This document shows, piece by piece, positions 29,473 to 38,961 of a DNA stretch of 64,000 nt. Source of the stretch: an uncultured Verrucomicrobiae bacterium (GTDB lineage: Bacteria; Verrucomicrobiota; Verrucomicrobiia; Chthoniobacterales; JAFAMB01). The stretch's first letter is position 1. Every line of letters begins with the position of its first letter. Location: NCBI GenBank assembly GCA_963762565.1, contig CAVXLD010000001.1, positions 384,001 to 448,000 on the forward strand. The letters run 5' to 3'. Both the position numbers and the translations under genes were made by a program. The notes beneath the pieces are model-generated. The model worked only from the letters and a program-made list of their open reading frames with translations, ran no database searches and was not told where the DNA came from.

Positions 29473-30042
29473 TCATTGCATCTGTAGCGGTACACCGAAA
29501 ACATTGAACGGGACCTGATCAACGGTGGTGGTCACGTCCCACTGAGCCTGAACGATGCCGGAGCCCGAATTGAATATCGGCTTATTATTGTTCCGGTCAT
29601 TGTTAGTCTGGTCATTAGTAGAGGTTCGCGACGCTCCCGGAAACACTCGTTTTTGAACCGGGCCATTCCCCGTTTGCTGGTACTCGATCTGGGCGCCATC
29701 GAAATGAAACTCGGCAGTCCCGTTTTGATTAACGCAAACGAGCCAATCTCCGGATGAATTTCCGGGAGGAAGCGGACTGCTGGGATTGCTAGGAGGAGCC
29801 GTTTCATAAATTTGGAAATCAACAGCGCTCTTAATGGAATCGTCCATGATTTCCGCTAGAGCTTCATGCTGGGCCTCTAAAGAGGTTGCTTGTAGAACAG
29901 CTGCTTGGCGCTGCATGGCTGTAAGCAGGAAGCCGGTGGCGGCGCTGACCACCAGAAAAACGCCCAGCATCGCAGCAAGCATCTCAGCCAGCGTAAACCC
30001 GGATTGGCCGGAGTATGGTGTTGCAGGTTCCACAAAGATCAA
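29473..30042 (-). CDS. PilW/GspJ-like minor pilin
   Basis: QSG|FTLAEML prepilin cleavage/methylation motif; start overlaps the upstream stop. Confidence 0.8.
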   Translation of the reverse strand: MIFVEPATPYSGQSGFTLAEMLAAMLGVFLVVSAATGFLLTAMQRQAAVLQATSLEAQHEALAEIMDDSIKSAVDFQIYETAPPSNPSSPLPPGNSSGDWLVCVNQNGTAEFHFDGAQIEYQQTGNGPVQKRVFPGASRTSTNDQTNNDRNNNKPIFNSGSGIVQAQWDVTTTVDQVPFNVFGVPLQMQ

Positions 30043-30794
30043 GGATTCAGCACTACCGTCTTCGTCATCTGTCGAGAGGCTTGGGTTCCGTAGCTTGGAA
30101 CGGTATAGGTTAGAACCAACTCACTTGTCCCCGGTGCGGTTCCGTTTGTCATCGAGACCGAAAACGGAATCAGATTCCCAAACGAGCCTGTGCCGGTCTG
30201 ACCGGCGATTAACCGGGGATGATAGAGGTAGCCAGTTATCGGGGTTTGCTGTGAAGACTCGTTTACTGTGAAAGGTCGAGAGTCCGGCGGCCCAAACGTC
30301 TGTAGTTCATAGTATTGGCGGAGGATGCGCTCAGCCCGGCTATCCAGGCGAGTTAAGAGTTCCTGGTAATCAGCCAACCGCCACGCGGCGGTAATTCCGA
30401 CGGCGGAAAGGGTTAGAATGAACAGGCTGGCTAAAACCTCGACGAGCGAGAAAGCGGCTTGAAGGCGAATCCGCGGAGCGTTGCCTCGCTTCCGCCTCCG
30501 CTTCGCTACGGCGCGACAGGTGCGAGGCCGTGGTGAACAGAGAAACTTAAGTAGGTAGAGCCCTTCATCGTAGTGCGCCCTGTCGTCTACGGGTTGCGAC
30601 GAGTTGGGGGCCAGCCGTGCCCGCGAGATCGCGTCACGTTGGACGTCCTCGATCGGCGCGATACAGAGCGTAGACCGTCGAATGGCGCGAGTGATGATAA
30701 GACGCTGCTCACCACGGCCTCGCAAGCGAGGCAGCGCTCCACGGTTCCGACCGAGGCAGAGGCGCTCAATCCTTGTCGGGCAAGTCCAACTCAT
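30039..30794 (-). CDS. PilV/GspI-like minor pilin with a REPIN-expanded leader
   Basis: AA|FSLVEVL motif at 30452. The nearest in-frame ATG is 30794, overlapping the secretin 3' end, which gives a 114-aa leader. Confidence 0.7.
   Translation of the reverse strand: MSWTCPTRIERLCLGRNRGALPRLRGRGEQRLIITRAIRRSTLCIAPIEDVQRDAISRARLAPNSSQPVDDRAHYDEGLYLLKFLCSPRPRTCRAVAKRRRKRGNAPRIRLQAAFSLVEVLASLFILTLSAVGITAAWRLADYQELLTRLDSRAERILRQYYELQTFGPPDSRPFTVNESSQQTPITGYLYHPRLIAGQTGTGSFGNLIPFSVSMTNGTAPGTSELVLTYTVPSYGTQASRQMTKTVVLNP
30473..30742. repeat. GTGG-REP doublet; left arm split by a 30-bp insertion
   Basis: 30473-30540 and 30705-30742 are inverted copies of GTGGAGCGCTGCCTCGCTTGCGAGGCCGTGGTGAGCAG. Insert at 30491-30520. 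Confidence 0.85.
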
Positions 30795-32511
30795 CCTTTT
30801 GAGTCTTTCGGTTCTGCTTGTCAGGGCCATTCAGCGGAACGGGCGGCGGCTCCCCTGGTAGATTGGATTGGTCCTGCAGACTTCGTCTTTCGCTTTCACC
30901 CAACCTGTCGAACCGGTGATCGTCCGCGGGTATAATCGTCGGACAAACAATTACGATAAGATTTGTCCGCTGCTTTGAGTAAGATCTTGTTCTGAAAACA
31001 TATCCGAGAAGAGGAATTTTGGAAAGTCCGGGAACCGCATTTGCAGTGAAAGTCACGCTATCCTGCAGAATCCCACCAATCACGGCGGCTTCACCGCTTC
31101 GCACGGTCACATCCGCAGTCGTGCTTCGCGTAGAGACGATCGGTATCTGAGTGCTGGTACCAGGTTGGGCCGCGCTGGTGCCTGAGATCGTAGACAGGGC
31201 CGGGTTTAGATTAAGGTCTATCAGCCCTCCTGCCAAAATCCGAGCCACGATATCAACCGTCAGACCAGTCGTAAATGTATATGGTACAGTGCTAGGTCCG
31301 TAGGCCTGGGTACCAGGCGTCTGTAAGAAAATCGTCTGCTTGGTGTCAGAACGTATGGTGACCGGCATCCCGCTCTTTGCTACCGTCATGGGCGAATTGT
31401 TAGTTCTAACCCGGCCCTTAGCCTTCAAGGCTTGCAAAGTGACTTGAACATTGGACATGTTCAGCACCAATCCATTTGTGAAAAAGCCGCCGCCATGGGC
31501 GTTGAGCGCGCCGGTTATGGTCTGAAGGTTAGATGCCGGTGGAATTCCGGCACTTCCGGTGAGCGAAAACGTGGCGCCTTGCCCGGGCTGTAACCCGAGA
31601 GTTTGGCTCCAGTCCAACCCTCCCCCTATGGAGTTAGTATCTGTGACTTCAACAATGTAGGTCTTGATGAGAATCTGCTCCTCCGCAACATCGAGTCGCT
31701 GCAGCTCAGTACTAATTAGGTCATGCTGCTCCGGGGTGGCACGAACAACCAAAGAGTTAGTGCTTCGCTCCACGAACACGGCACTTTGACCACTTTTTTC
31801 GAAACCACCCACCGACAATGGAGCATCAAAAGGTACGCCAGGTTCATAGCGGGGCTGGCTTTGATCCGAACTAGTTCCAGATGTCCCCAGAGCGTCGGGT
31901 GTCACCGTCGTATTTTCCGGTTTCGGATAGGCCGGAAAGTTGCTTTGAGCCGGTATCACTTTTATCCCTAAATAATTTGCGATTGGTTGAAGCAAAAGCT
32001 CCGCTGGTTGGTGCTTGATCGGATAACGCTTCGTAATGTAGAAACTCGGGCTCGGGATATCCGCCCGGCGGAGCGTGTAACGCTGACCATCACTGATAAT
32101 CTGAAACCCGCGGGACTCCGCGATTTGATAGAACGCTTGCAGCGGAGTGAGATTAGATAGTGCAACCGAGATCTTCTCGTCTTCCGAAATGTTCGGCTCG
32201 ATATAGTTAATTCCGGCTTGTTCCGCCAAAATTCGTAAGACTTTCGCTAGGGGCTGATTGGTAAATCGATGAGTCCTGGGTTTATCGGGCGGCAGTTGGG
32301 CCGTCGTAGCTGACTCCGCGTTCTCGCGTTCCCGTAACAATCGCTCGATTTGATCAACCACGCTCTCGGGACTTTGAGAGGATTCATTGCCCGGCGTTGC
32401 ATCTGCAGCAGGTACTGGCCCGGGACTTTGGCTCTGTGCCGGCGTGGGGCTACCGTTTTGCGCAGATGCCAGCAAAGGCCATACGACCACTATGATCAAC
32501 CTCTTAATCAT
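30766..32511 (-). CDS. Secretin (GspD/PilQ family)
   Basis: Signal peptide, STN-like domain, TNSLVVRAT..QILIKTYIVE, VIGGIL..VPGLSKIPLLGYVF..LIVIVCPTI. Start placed at ATG 32511. Confidence 0.9.
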   Translation of the reverse strand: MIKRLIIVVVWPLLASAQNGSPTPAQSQSPGPVPAADATPGNESSQSPESVVDQIERLLRERENAESATTAQLPPDKPRTHRFTNQPLAKVLRILAEQAGINYIEPNISEDEKISVALSNLTPLQAFYQIAESRGFQIISDGQRYTLRRADIPSPSFYITKRYPIKHQPAELLLQPIANYLGIKVIPAQSNFPAYPKPENTTVTPDALGTSGTSSDQSQPRYEPGVPFDAPLSVGGFEKSGQSAVFVERSTNSLVVRATPEQHDLISTELQRLDVAEEQILIKTYIVEVTDTNSIGGGLDWSQTLGLQPGQGATFSLTGSAGIPPASNLQTITGALNAHGGGFFTNGLVLNMSNVQVTLQALKAKGRVRTNNSPMTVAKSGMPVTIRSDTKQTIFLQTPGTQAYGPSTVPYTFTTGLTVDIVARILAGGLIDLNLNPALSTISGTSAAQPGTSTQIPIVSTRSTTADVTVRSGEAAVIGGILQDSVTFTANAVPGLSKIPLLGYVFRTRSYSKQRTNLIVIVCPTIIPADDHRFDRLGESERRSLQDQSNLPGEPPPVPLNGPDKQNRKTQKDELDLPDKD

Positions 32512-33088
32512 GCTCAGATTTCTTTTTCCGCTCCAACGTGATCCGTTCCGTCCCGCTGTCGCCGACATACGGGAGCTTGCAAAGGGGGGCTCTAAATCCC
32601 GGTAGAAGAATGGCAACTCCACCCGAGTCAATTGGCCCTACCTCTAATAAAATAGTGCTCTTCTCGCTCATATCTCTTTCGAGGGGCAGACCGTAAGTGC
32701 GCGCCAACTCAGTGAGTTGGACCAGATCATTATCCGAAACCGTGACCGGAATCTTTTCCGTTTCACTGAAGGCTACCCCATTGATCAGGGCGATAGCATG
32801 GCTACTTCCCTCTCCTGTGCTAACTCCCTCAACAAAAAGGTCGTTCTGTATCGCCGCCACCAGGGTTTGAAGGTAACGTTGAGCCGCTTTGCTACTGAAC
32901 GAGTTATCTAGCTCCACACCTTTCCCAACCAGCGTCTTACCGGCATCCGCGCTGATAAATGGATCCCGCGAGGCGGGCGTGTATCTAAATGCGTACAGGT
33001 CCGGTAAGCGAGGCATGATGGCCTCTCCGGCTAAGCCGAGACTCGACGTGAAAACTACAAGTAGTATCAGATACCCTGTTGTCCTCAT
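32504..33088 (-). CDS. PilP-like protein
   Basis: Signal sequence and RDPF motif; position directly before the secretin. Confidence 0.55.
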   Translation of the reverse strand: MRTTGYLILLVVFTSSLGLAGEAIMPRLPDLYAFRYTPASRDPFISADAGKTLVGKGVELDNSFSSKAAQRYLQTLVAAIQNDLFVEGVSTGEGSSHAIALINGVAFSETEKIPVTVSDNDLVQLTELARTYGLPLERDMSEKSTILLEVGPIDSGGVAILLPGFRAPLCKLPYVGDSGTERITLERKKKSEHD

Positions 33089-33095
33089 TAGGCTT

Positions 33096-33671
33096 TCATT
33101 TCCCCGTTAGCATCCGAATGGTCAGCCGAGTCTCCAGATAAGTGGGATCGGTCGAAAAAGGCGGAATATTAGGCGGACGACTCAATAAGACCTTGTCAAA
33201 ATACATGAAGAGGTCGGCATTCTCCTGTTCTGCCAGAAGCGGTACCAGTCTGTGGAATTCGAGGCCAGCGGTACCGGCTTCATAGATGATCGACATTTCG
33301 CCATTTGGAACGCGAACGGGCTGCACAATAAGACCCGCCTGGGTAAAGCCTGCGATACCGGCGGCTTCCAATGAAGAACTGTCACTGTTTAAAGGGGTTG
33401 CCGGCACCGAGTTAATATGCAGCGACGAGGCGCCTCGAGACGCGATCATCGTATCGCTCAGGCGAGTGTAAAGCGCCTCAATCCTGGTTTTACTAACTCG
33501 TAGACCATCGATTTCACCTTCGAGATGGTTGTTCGCAATTTCCTGATGATTGTTCTCTTGATCTAAAAGCCGAACCTCGGTCCAACCGTCTAGCAACAGT
33601 TTGACCTCCAGTCCGACCAAACCGGCCGAAACCACGAGCACACCAAAGAAAAAGAGCGCCTTGAATTTCAT
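33096..33671 (-). CDS. PilO/GspM-like bitopic protein
   Basis: N-terminal TM, coiled coil, operon position. Confidence 0.5.
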   Translation of the reverse strand: MKFKALFFFGVLVVSAGLVGLEVKLLLDGWTEVRLLDQENNHQEIANNHLEGEIDGLRVSKTRIEALYTRLSDTMIASRGASSLHINSVPATPLNSDSSSLEAAGIAGFTQAGLIVQPVRVPNGEMSIIYEAGTAGLEFHRLVPLLAEQENADLFMYFDKVLLSRPPNIPPFSTDPTYLETRLTIRMLTGK

Positions 33672-33683
33672 TTAGTCAATCAT

Positions 33684-33710
33684 CGGCCTCGCAAGCGAGG
33701 CGCGCTCCAC
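33684..33710 (-). repeat. Single GTGG-REP
   Basis: CGGCCTCGCAAGCGAGGCGCGCTCCAC between pilus genes. Confidence 0.8.
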
Positions 33711-33721
33711 AAGGTAAGCAT

Positions 33722-34366
33722 TCATAAGCGGTCCGGATCCGCGATCCGCTGCACCCCCAAGGCCGAATAGTTGCCGACCGGCAGAATCGAATAAACCAGA
33801 AGAAATGGCACCAGGCTCTCTGTGCCCTCGAGCAGTTTTGATCTCGCCACCTGAGACCCGACCGGCAAACGCTTCTTCAGCTGGTTAGTAAAACTCTCTA
33901 GTTCCTCTGCGTGCCCAAATTTGAGACTACCCTGGATGGAGAGCGTATAGAGCTCTGGCACCCGATAAGTCCCGCCGGCGACAGGAAGAGCCTGATACCG
34001 GGAGGACTCTATCGCAATTTTTTCCAGAACAGCATTCGCAGGCACGGTTTGTTCAATCGCCGCGAGCACGGCGCTACACGGAAGCCGGCCTCGCAGAATC
34101 GGCTCCCATTGTTGGATCTGGCTTAATTTCTGGCGTGTGTCTTTGAAAGCGACCAGCCGGATTTGCAACTCATTTTGGGCCGCCAAAAGTTGAGCCTGTT
34201 CATCGGTTCGAGCCTGATGGCCCCGCCAGATAGTAAACGCAAAGAAAAGGACCGGCAATTGGATTAGTCCCGTGATTAATGCGATAAGGCCGACTCCCCG
34301 GAAAACCAGCTCCCGCTGATAGCTTCTCAGAACGATTCTTTCAGGGCTAACAAACAGATTTTTCAT
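33722..34366 (-). CDS. PilN-like bitopic protein
   Basis: N-terminal NL motif, TM, coiled coil, L..I..TVP..LEKI..LSIQG pattern. Confidence 0.6.
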   Translation of the reverse strand: MKNLFVSPERIVLRSYQRELVFRGVGLIALITGLIQLPVLFFAFTIWRGHQARTDEQAQLLAAQNELQIRLVAFKDTRQKLSQIQQWEPILRGRLPCSAVLAAIEQTVPANAVLEKIAIESSRYQALPVAGGTYRVPELYTLSIQGSLKFGHAEELESFTNQLKKRLPVGSQVARSKLLEGTESLVPFLLVYSILPVGNYSALGVQRIADPDRL

Positions 34367-35358
34367 TTGAGCTCCTGGGCGAGCCAGCGCGACAACAGCG
34401 CGATCGGCGAACGCGTGGCGGTACTGGGAGCCCGTTGACGTTGGATGATAATATCCCCGCCCTCAATCTGTTGGAGAACAGGTCCTGTGAGCTGGAATCC
34501 GTTGATCCCAGAATGGACTGGGTCTTCCTCGGAAGACCATGACCAGACACAAACATACGGCTCCTTTTCCGGGCTCAATTGTTTGGCGAGTTTAGCTAGT
34601 TCCTTACTGACGGACTCGGTGTCTTCCTCGTACTGTCGAAACAAAATAATTTTTCTGTCTTGGATGGCAGCCAGGGCTAGCGAGCTGGTAAGGCTCAATA
34701 ATAAGAAGGCTGTCCTCTCTTGGGTCGGTATCCTCTTTAAGAACCAAGCAAGACACGCTACCGGAACGGGCAAGATTGCCAGTAACGCCCCGTCTTGCCG
34801 TTCTGTCCAAAGCTCGCACTCAGCGCAGTAGTCAGCGGGCATTCCGAGAATAATGATCTGGGAATGCTTCCCCTCTACGGGCCCGGCAATGGGCTTTAGC
34901 GTTGCGTCCAATACCGCCCAGCGAAAGGGCCGGTCCTCATCCCAAGCGCCGATTACCTGCCGAGGCTCCTCAGCCAAGCTCTCCAAGATTCCTTCAACGG
35001 TTGATTCCCTCAGGTTCGGTACCAAATGAACGTTGCAATACAGATCGCTCACGGTGCAATCCGGCAATAGGAGCATTTCCGCCTTTCCTCGTAATCGGTT
35101 TCGAGCCAACAGCTTAGAAGTGAAGCTGCGAACTCCCACTGTGCCGGGGTCCGATTTCTCCGGGATCGGGGGTGCATCCGGTAGATCTCCGATGTTTTCT
35201 TCGAACGCCACCACCCGTTGGCGCCGAGTTAGGAGGACGGAACAAGTCTTCGAGGAAAGAAAAAATACGCCAATTTGTTCAGGCGTAGTGAACAGTCCGC
35301 CGGACAGGTAATACCGGAGCGGAAAGTGTCTGAGATAATGCCTGAAAGAATAGTGCAT
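34363..35358 (-). CDS. Degenerate PilM/GspL-like cytoplasmic protein
   Basis: Operon position before pilN-like gene; weak actin-like-fold pattern. Confidence 0.45.
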   Translation of the reverse strand: MHYSFRHYLRHFPLRYYLSGGLFTTPEQIGVFFLSSKTCSVLLTRRQRVVAFEENIGDLPDAPPIPEKSDPGTVGVRSFTSKLLARNRLRGKAEMLLLPDCTVSDLYCNVHLVPNLRESTVEGILESLAEEPRQVIGAWDEDRPFRWAVLDATLKPIAGPVEGKHSQIIILGMPADYCAECELWTERQDGALLAILPVPVACLAWFLKRIPTQERTAFLLLSLTSSLALAAIQDRKIILFRQYEEDTESVSKELAKLAKQLSPEKEPYVCVWSWSSEEDPVHSGINGFQLTGPVLQQIEGGDIIIQRQRAPSTATRSPIALLSRWLAQELK

Positions 35359-35414
35359 CGGTTTCTGTTAGATCATTAAATCAGATATATTACAACTTCT
35401 TATTAGTCTGTAAT

Positions 35415-36632
35415 CTAAATATGTTGGATTATCTCCATCGCCGGCAGGAAAGTAGCGAAGACGATCCCGCCAATTACTAATCCAAGCGCGATTATCAGAA
35501 GGGGATCAAGGATCTGTCTCAGAGCAGTTAAACGGCTGTCCAATTGCCGCTCCAGTAACGTGGTAAGCCTGAACAATCCATCGCTCCCTGCACCGGCCGC
35601 CTCCATGAATGCGAGTCCGTTGATGACCATCTCGCCAAAAATATCCCGGTCGTCGTTCAATGCCGCGGCCAATGATTCACCGCGTTGTACCCGGACCAAG
35701 GTGCGACCGATAGCCGATCGATATTCATAGTTCCAGCTCAGGTCACGGCACAGAAGGAGCGCCTGGGTTGTCTTTGCCCGGACATGTTTCAGCTGAGCGA
35801 AAGTCCGGACGAAATTCGCTCGCATCAGCAGCAGCGTTAAGGGGCCCACACCAGGCAACCGCAGAACGGAACGGTGGAGGCTTGGGTGCCCTCGTACATA
35901 GGCCGGGATCCTGGAACTGAGGAGGATTAGAGCGCCTGTCAGCCCCAATACAGCCAGAGGGTAATTGCTACAAAGTCGCGAAAGATTCAGCAAACAAAGA
36001 GTCGGAAGTGGCAGGTCCGCGTGCATCTCCCCAAGGATCCCGATAAACTGCGGCACGACTCGGGTCATGAGCAACCAGACCACACCGGCAGCGGCAGCAA
36101 AGACGATCATGGGATAGATGAGCATCATGAGAAGACGGTGTCTGAGGTCTTCGTTCCTGGCCCAGATCTTGCAGACGTTAGTCAAGGCCTCGGTTAGTGT
36201 GCCGCCCTCCTCACCGGCCGAGATCAATCCAACCGCAACTTGATCGAACACCTCCGGATAGGAAGAGATGGCGTTCGCGAATGACATCCCTTTAGAAACG
36301 CGGTCCCGGAGCCTCTCGACAATGTGATGCATTCGCTTTCCAGACCGATCCCGAGTTGAGGTAGTGCTCAGACAGATCGAGAGCGCGGTCCGAAAATCCA
36401 TCCCGAGGTAAACCGATGCCTCTAGGTTCTCGAGAAATGTCAATCTCGTCCGAAGTGAGACGCGTTCTTTTTTTTCCGCGGTCGTTTTCCGGGAAGGATC
36501 CGCAATCAGGACAATTGGTTGATTGAGGTTATTCAGGCGGATACTCACTTCGGCCAGTGAGTTGCCATCGATTACTGATCTGATGTACGAGTCGCCTTTG
36601 CGCTTTTGCGTGACGTACTCGAACCTCGGCAT
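35415..36632 (-). CDS. GspF/PilC inner-membrane platform protein
   Basis: GEEGGTL..L, YP, VVPQF..LPLPT and RGESL motifs. Start placed at MPRFEY. Confidence 0.9.
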   Translation of the reverse strand: MPRFEYVTQKRKGDSYIRSVIDGNSLAEVSIRLNNLNQPIVLIADPSRKTTAEKKERVSLRTRLTFLENLEASVYLGMDFRTALSICLSTTSTRDRSGKRMHHIVERLRDRVSKGMSFANAISSYPEVFDQVAVGLISAGEEGGTLTEALTNVCKIWARNEDLRHRLLMMLIYPMIVFAAAAGVVWLLMTRVVPQFIGILGEMHADLPLPTLCLLNLSRLCSNYPLAVLGLTGALILLSSRIPAYVRGHPSLHRSVLRLPGVGPLTLLLMRANFVRTFAQLKHVRAKTTQALLLCRDLSWNYEYRSAIGRTLVRVQRGESLAAALNDDRDIFGEMVINGLAFMEAAGAGSDGLFRLTTLLERQLDSRLTALRQILDPLLIIALGLVIGGIVFATFLPAMEIIQHI

Positions 36633-36660
36633 AGATTCCGGATGCCCAAATTTCCTGAGA

Positions 36661-37128
36661 TTAATTTCCGCCCGAGCCGCCCTGAGGAAGTGGAGCCGTT
36701 GGAATATTATACTTGCTGAGGTATTGGTTGGAAGAAGTGCCTTGCCCTCCGACGAAGTACGGATTGCTACCCCAAGTCCCAAGATTAATCGAACCGCCCG
36801 TCCCTTCGTTGAGTTCGGTCGTACTCGAGATCTCCACGCCAAATCTGGTCAAGTACTGCTGAATCCACGGAAACTGCACTGGTTCACCGTTATTCGGCAA
36901 GGGCGAGGCATTGGCCTGCGCGTCGATCGCGTATTGCACTTCAGCCTTTTGCACTGCATCGAGCCGCTGTGCAATCATTGCTGCCTGCGATTTCTTCAGC
37001 GAATCCATTATCGCAGGGTAGATAAGGGCCGCGAGCGCAGTAATAATCGCGATTACCACCAGTATCTCGACCAAGGTCATCCCACTCGCGCTCCTCCTAT
37101 GCGCGTAAGAGATTTCCCGCTGACTCAT
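36661..37128 (-). CDS. Major pilin / pseudopilin (PilA/GspG-like)
   Basis: SG|MTLVEILVVIAII..LIYP; first gene of the operon. Confidence 0.88.
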   Translation of the reverse strand: MSQREISYAHRRSASGMTLVEILVVIAIITALAALIYPAIMDSLKKSQAAMIAQRLDAVQKAEVQYAIDAQANASPLPNNGEPVQFPWIQQYLTRFGVEISSTTELNEGTGGSINLGTWGSNPYFVGGQGTSSNQYLSKYNIPTAPLPQGGSGGN

Positions 37129-37329
37129 TAGCACCCTCAGCGCTACTCTCATAACGTTAATTCCTTATGTTATAAGCTCGGGCTTTATCGATTTATATCA
37201 AATGCAATTCCGTTGGCAACGATTATCTATTTTTAGATGGAGGAAAAATTTGTGCGAATGGAAGCGGCCGGAGTCATTTGAACTATGTGAGTGCGGTACC
37301 GGAGTTTGCGTTTTCGGGACAGAGCCCGC

Positions 37330-38163
37330 TTATGGATGCTTAATTTCCACCGACAAGTCTGAATCAGCTTCGGAAATATAACCAACTAGATCGCCCCTCT
37401 TAGGCGTTGTAAATGAAGTAGTTGCATTCATCCCTCTCACTAATGTCTGCTGTTTATCATTGGGTCCAACCCGATAGCTCCAAACATTAACCAGGGAAAG
37501 CTTATGCGTTCCTTCATTCAAAACTGGCAGAGGCAGCACGCGATCCGTGTGCAAAGTATCGAAGAAGCCCAGCGTATCGCCATCGATCACGACTAAGCCA
37601 TCGAAAACTAAAGGGAGTTGACTCCGAAAAGAGATCGAGCCGTTCTGCTTAAGCAGGTTCTCCCACTTCTGTTGATAGTCAACTAGGGCCTGAGGCCATT
37701 CTCTGCAGTCGATGCCCGCTGTGGTGGCTACATTCAGTCCTCGATAAAATCCCGTTCCATAGTACGGAGCAAATTTCTGACCGATGTCGACGAAGTGAGC
37801 AAGAACTGCCCGTAGCACTGCTCGCCCCGCATCGCTGCGGCTTAGCTGTTCCGCGGCCCACGCATCCGCGGCCGCTTCGTCCCGGGTCCCAAGCGCAAGA
37901 TGACCATATTCATGCACGCGAAAGAAGAACGAAGCACCAGGATGCCGTTGATCAATGGCTGCGGCTCGATCAGGACAAAGGTAGATAATTCCGTGCGGAT
38001 TGAAGAGGGTTGGCTGGAACGACATGCCAATTCCTCCCTGCGTTTTTTTACAATCATGTCGGACCGGAATGCTTCGAAGGGAATCAGGCGGAGTCCATTG
38101 GGCGAGTCCAAAGTGGCTTAAAGACAGCGAGATAAGACAAAAAGCAAACGAGCGAATGATCAT
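37330..38163 (-). CDS. Secreted HExxH metallopeptidase-like protein
   Basis: Signal peptide; HEYGH..EAAAD zincin motif; C-terminal beta-rich domain. Confidence 0.6.
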   Translation of the reverse strand: MIIRSFAFCLISLSLSHFGLAQWTPPDSLRSIPVRHDCKKTQGGIGMSFQPTLFNPHGIIYLCPDRAAAIDQRHPGASFFFRVHEYGHLALGTRDEAAADAWAAEQLSRSDAGRAVLRAVLAHFVDIGQKFAPYYGTGFYRGLNVATTAGIDCREWPQALVDYQQKWENLLKQNGSISFRSQLPLVFDGLVVIDGDTLGFFDTLHTDRVLPLPVLNEGTHKLSLVNVWSYRVGPNDKQQTLVRGMNATTSFTTPKRGDLVGYISEADSDLSVEIKHP

Positions 38164-38346
38164 GTTTCGGAAAACCCGTTTAGAACAGCCCAAAATCTCG
38201 CGCAAAGACGCAAAGGCGCAAAGACCAAGACAAAATTCACAGCCAAGCCTGAAGGATCAGAAAGAGCCAAGAGCGCTGCTCCACCACTCCACGGCTCCGC
38301 GCAGCCGGATTCGAGGACGAGGACGAGTACGAAGCGCCTGGTGAAG

Positions 38347-38961
38347 CTACCGGTTGCTGCTAACGGGCTGAGTCTCATCGAATGCAGAGTTCAGCTCTTC
38401 AATGGAGACATTACCGGTTATCCGGAGCAGAAAATCCGACCCGTCGGAAACATTAACATAGGTACCATCCCGGTAGATTGCTTGCTTAACGCCGGCCTCG
38501 TTCAAGTTTGGATCTTGCGTGCTTCGGAGGCCCTCGTCATTTAACGGGTCGAGCATAGTCGCAGTGACGCGAATCAGATGGTCACTAACATAGAACGTCC
38601 ATCTGTCATGAGATAGGATCCGGTTGCGCTCGGGGTCGCAGAAGCCTTCACCGATGACTTTAGTACCGGCCGGGACAATGATTTTACCAACAGAACTGAC
38701 TATATCTGCTTGAACATTACCGACGATTGTAATGCGTTCTTCGAGATTATTAATATCACGCAACGTTTTGCAGTGCACTGTAACCTGCGATTCGTTGGTG
38801 GCCTCGGCCGCCGGCGAGTAAACTGAAAAAAAAGAGGGCTGCCCAACCGGTAATGCCAAGCCAGTTGGTTTCGTCGACGCTAAGGAATGTTGGTCCGCAA
38901 GATGATCTAACGCCGCGACTTTCGCGTTAATAAACAAAACGAGGAACAAGTAGGGCAACAT
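38347..38961 (-). CDS. Stand-alone TrbI/VirB10-like domain protein
   Basis: VGNVQADIV..KIIVPAGTKVIG..RNRI..W..LD..GL pattern. Start placed at ATG 38961. Confidence 0.55.
   Translation of the reverse strand: MLPYLFLVLFINAKVAALDHLADQHSLASTKPTGLALPVGQPSFFSVYSPAAEATNESQVTVHCKTLRDINNLEERITIVGNVQADIVSSVGKIIVPAGTKVIGEGFCDPERNRILSHDRWTFYVSDHLIRVTATMLDPLNDEGLRSTQDPNLNEAGVKQAIYRDGTYVNVSDGSDFLLRITGNVSIEELNSAFDETQPVSSNR

Noticed and set aside
37203..37218. Sigma-54 promoter for the pilin operon (minus strand TGCCAACGGAATTGCA)
   Set aside because: The -12 TTGCA matches but the invariant -24 GG is GC.
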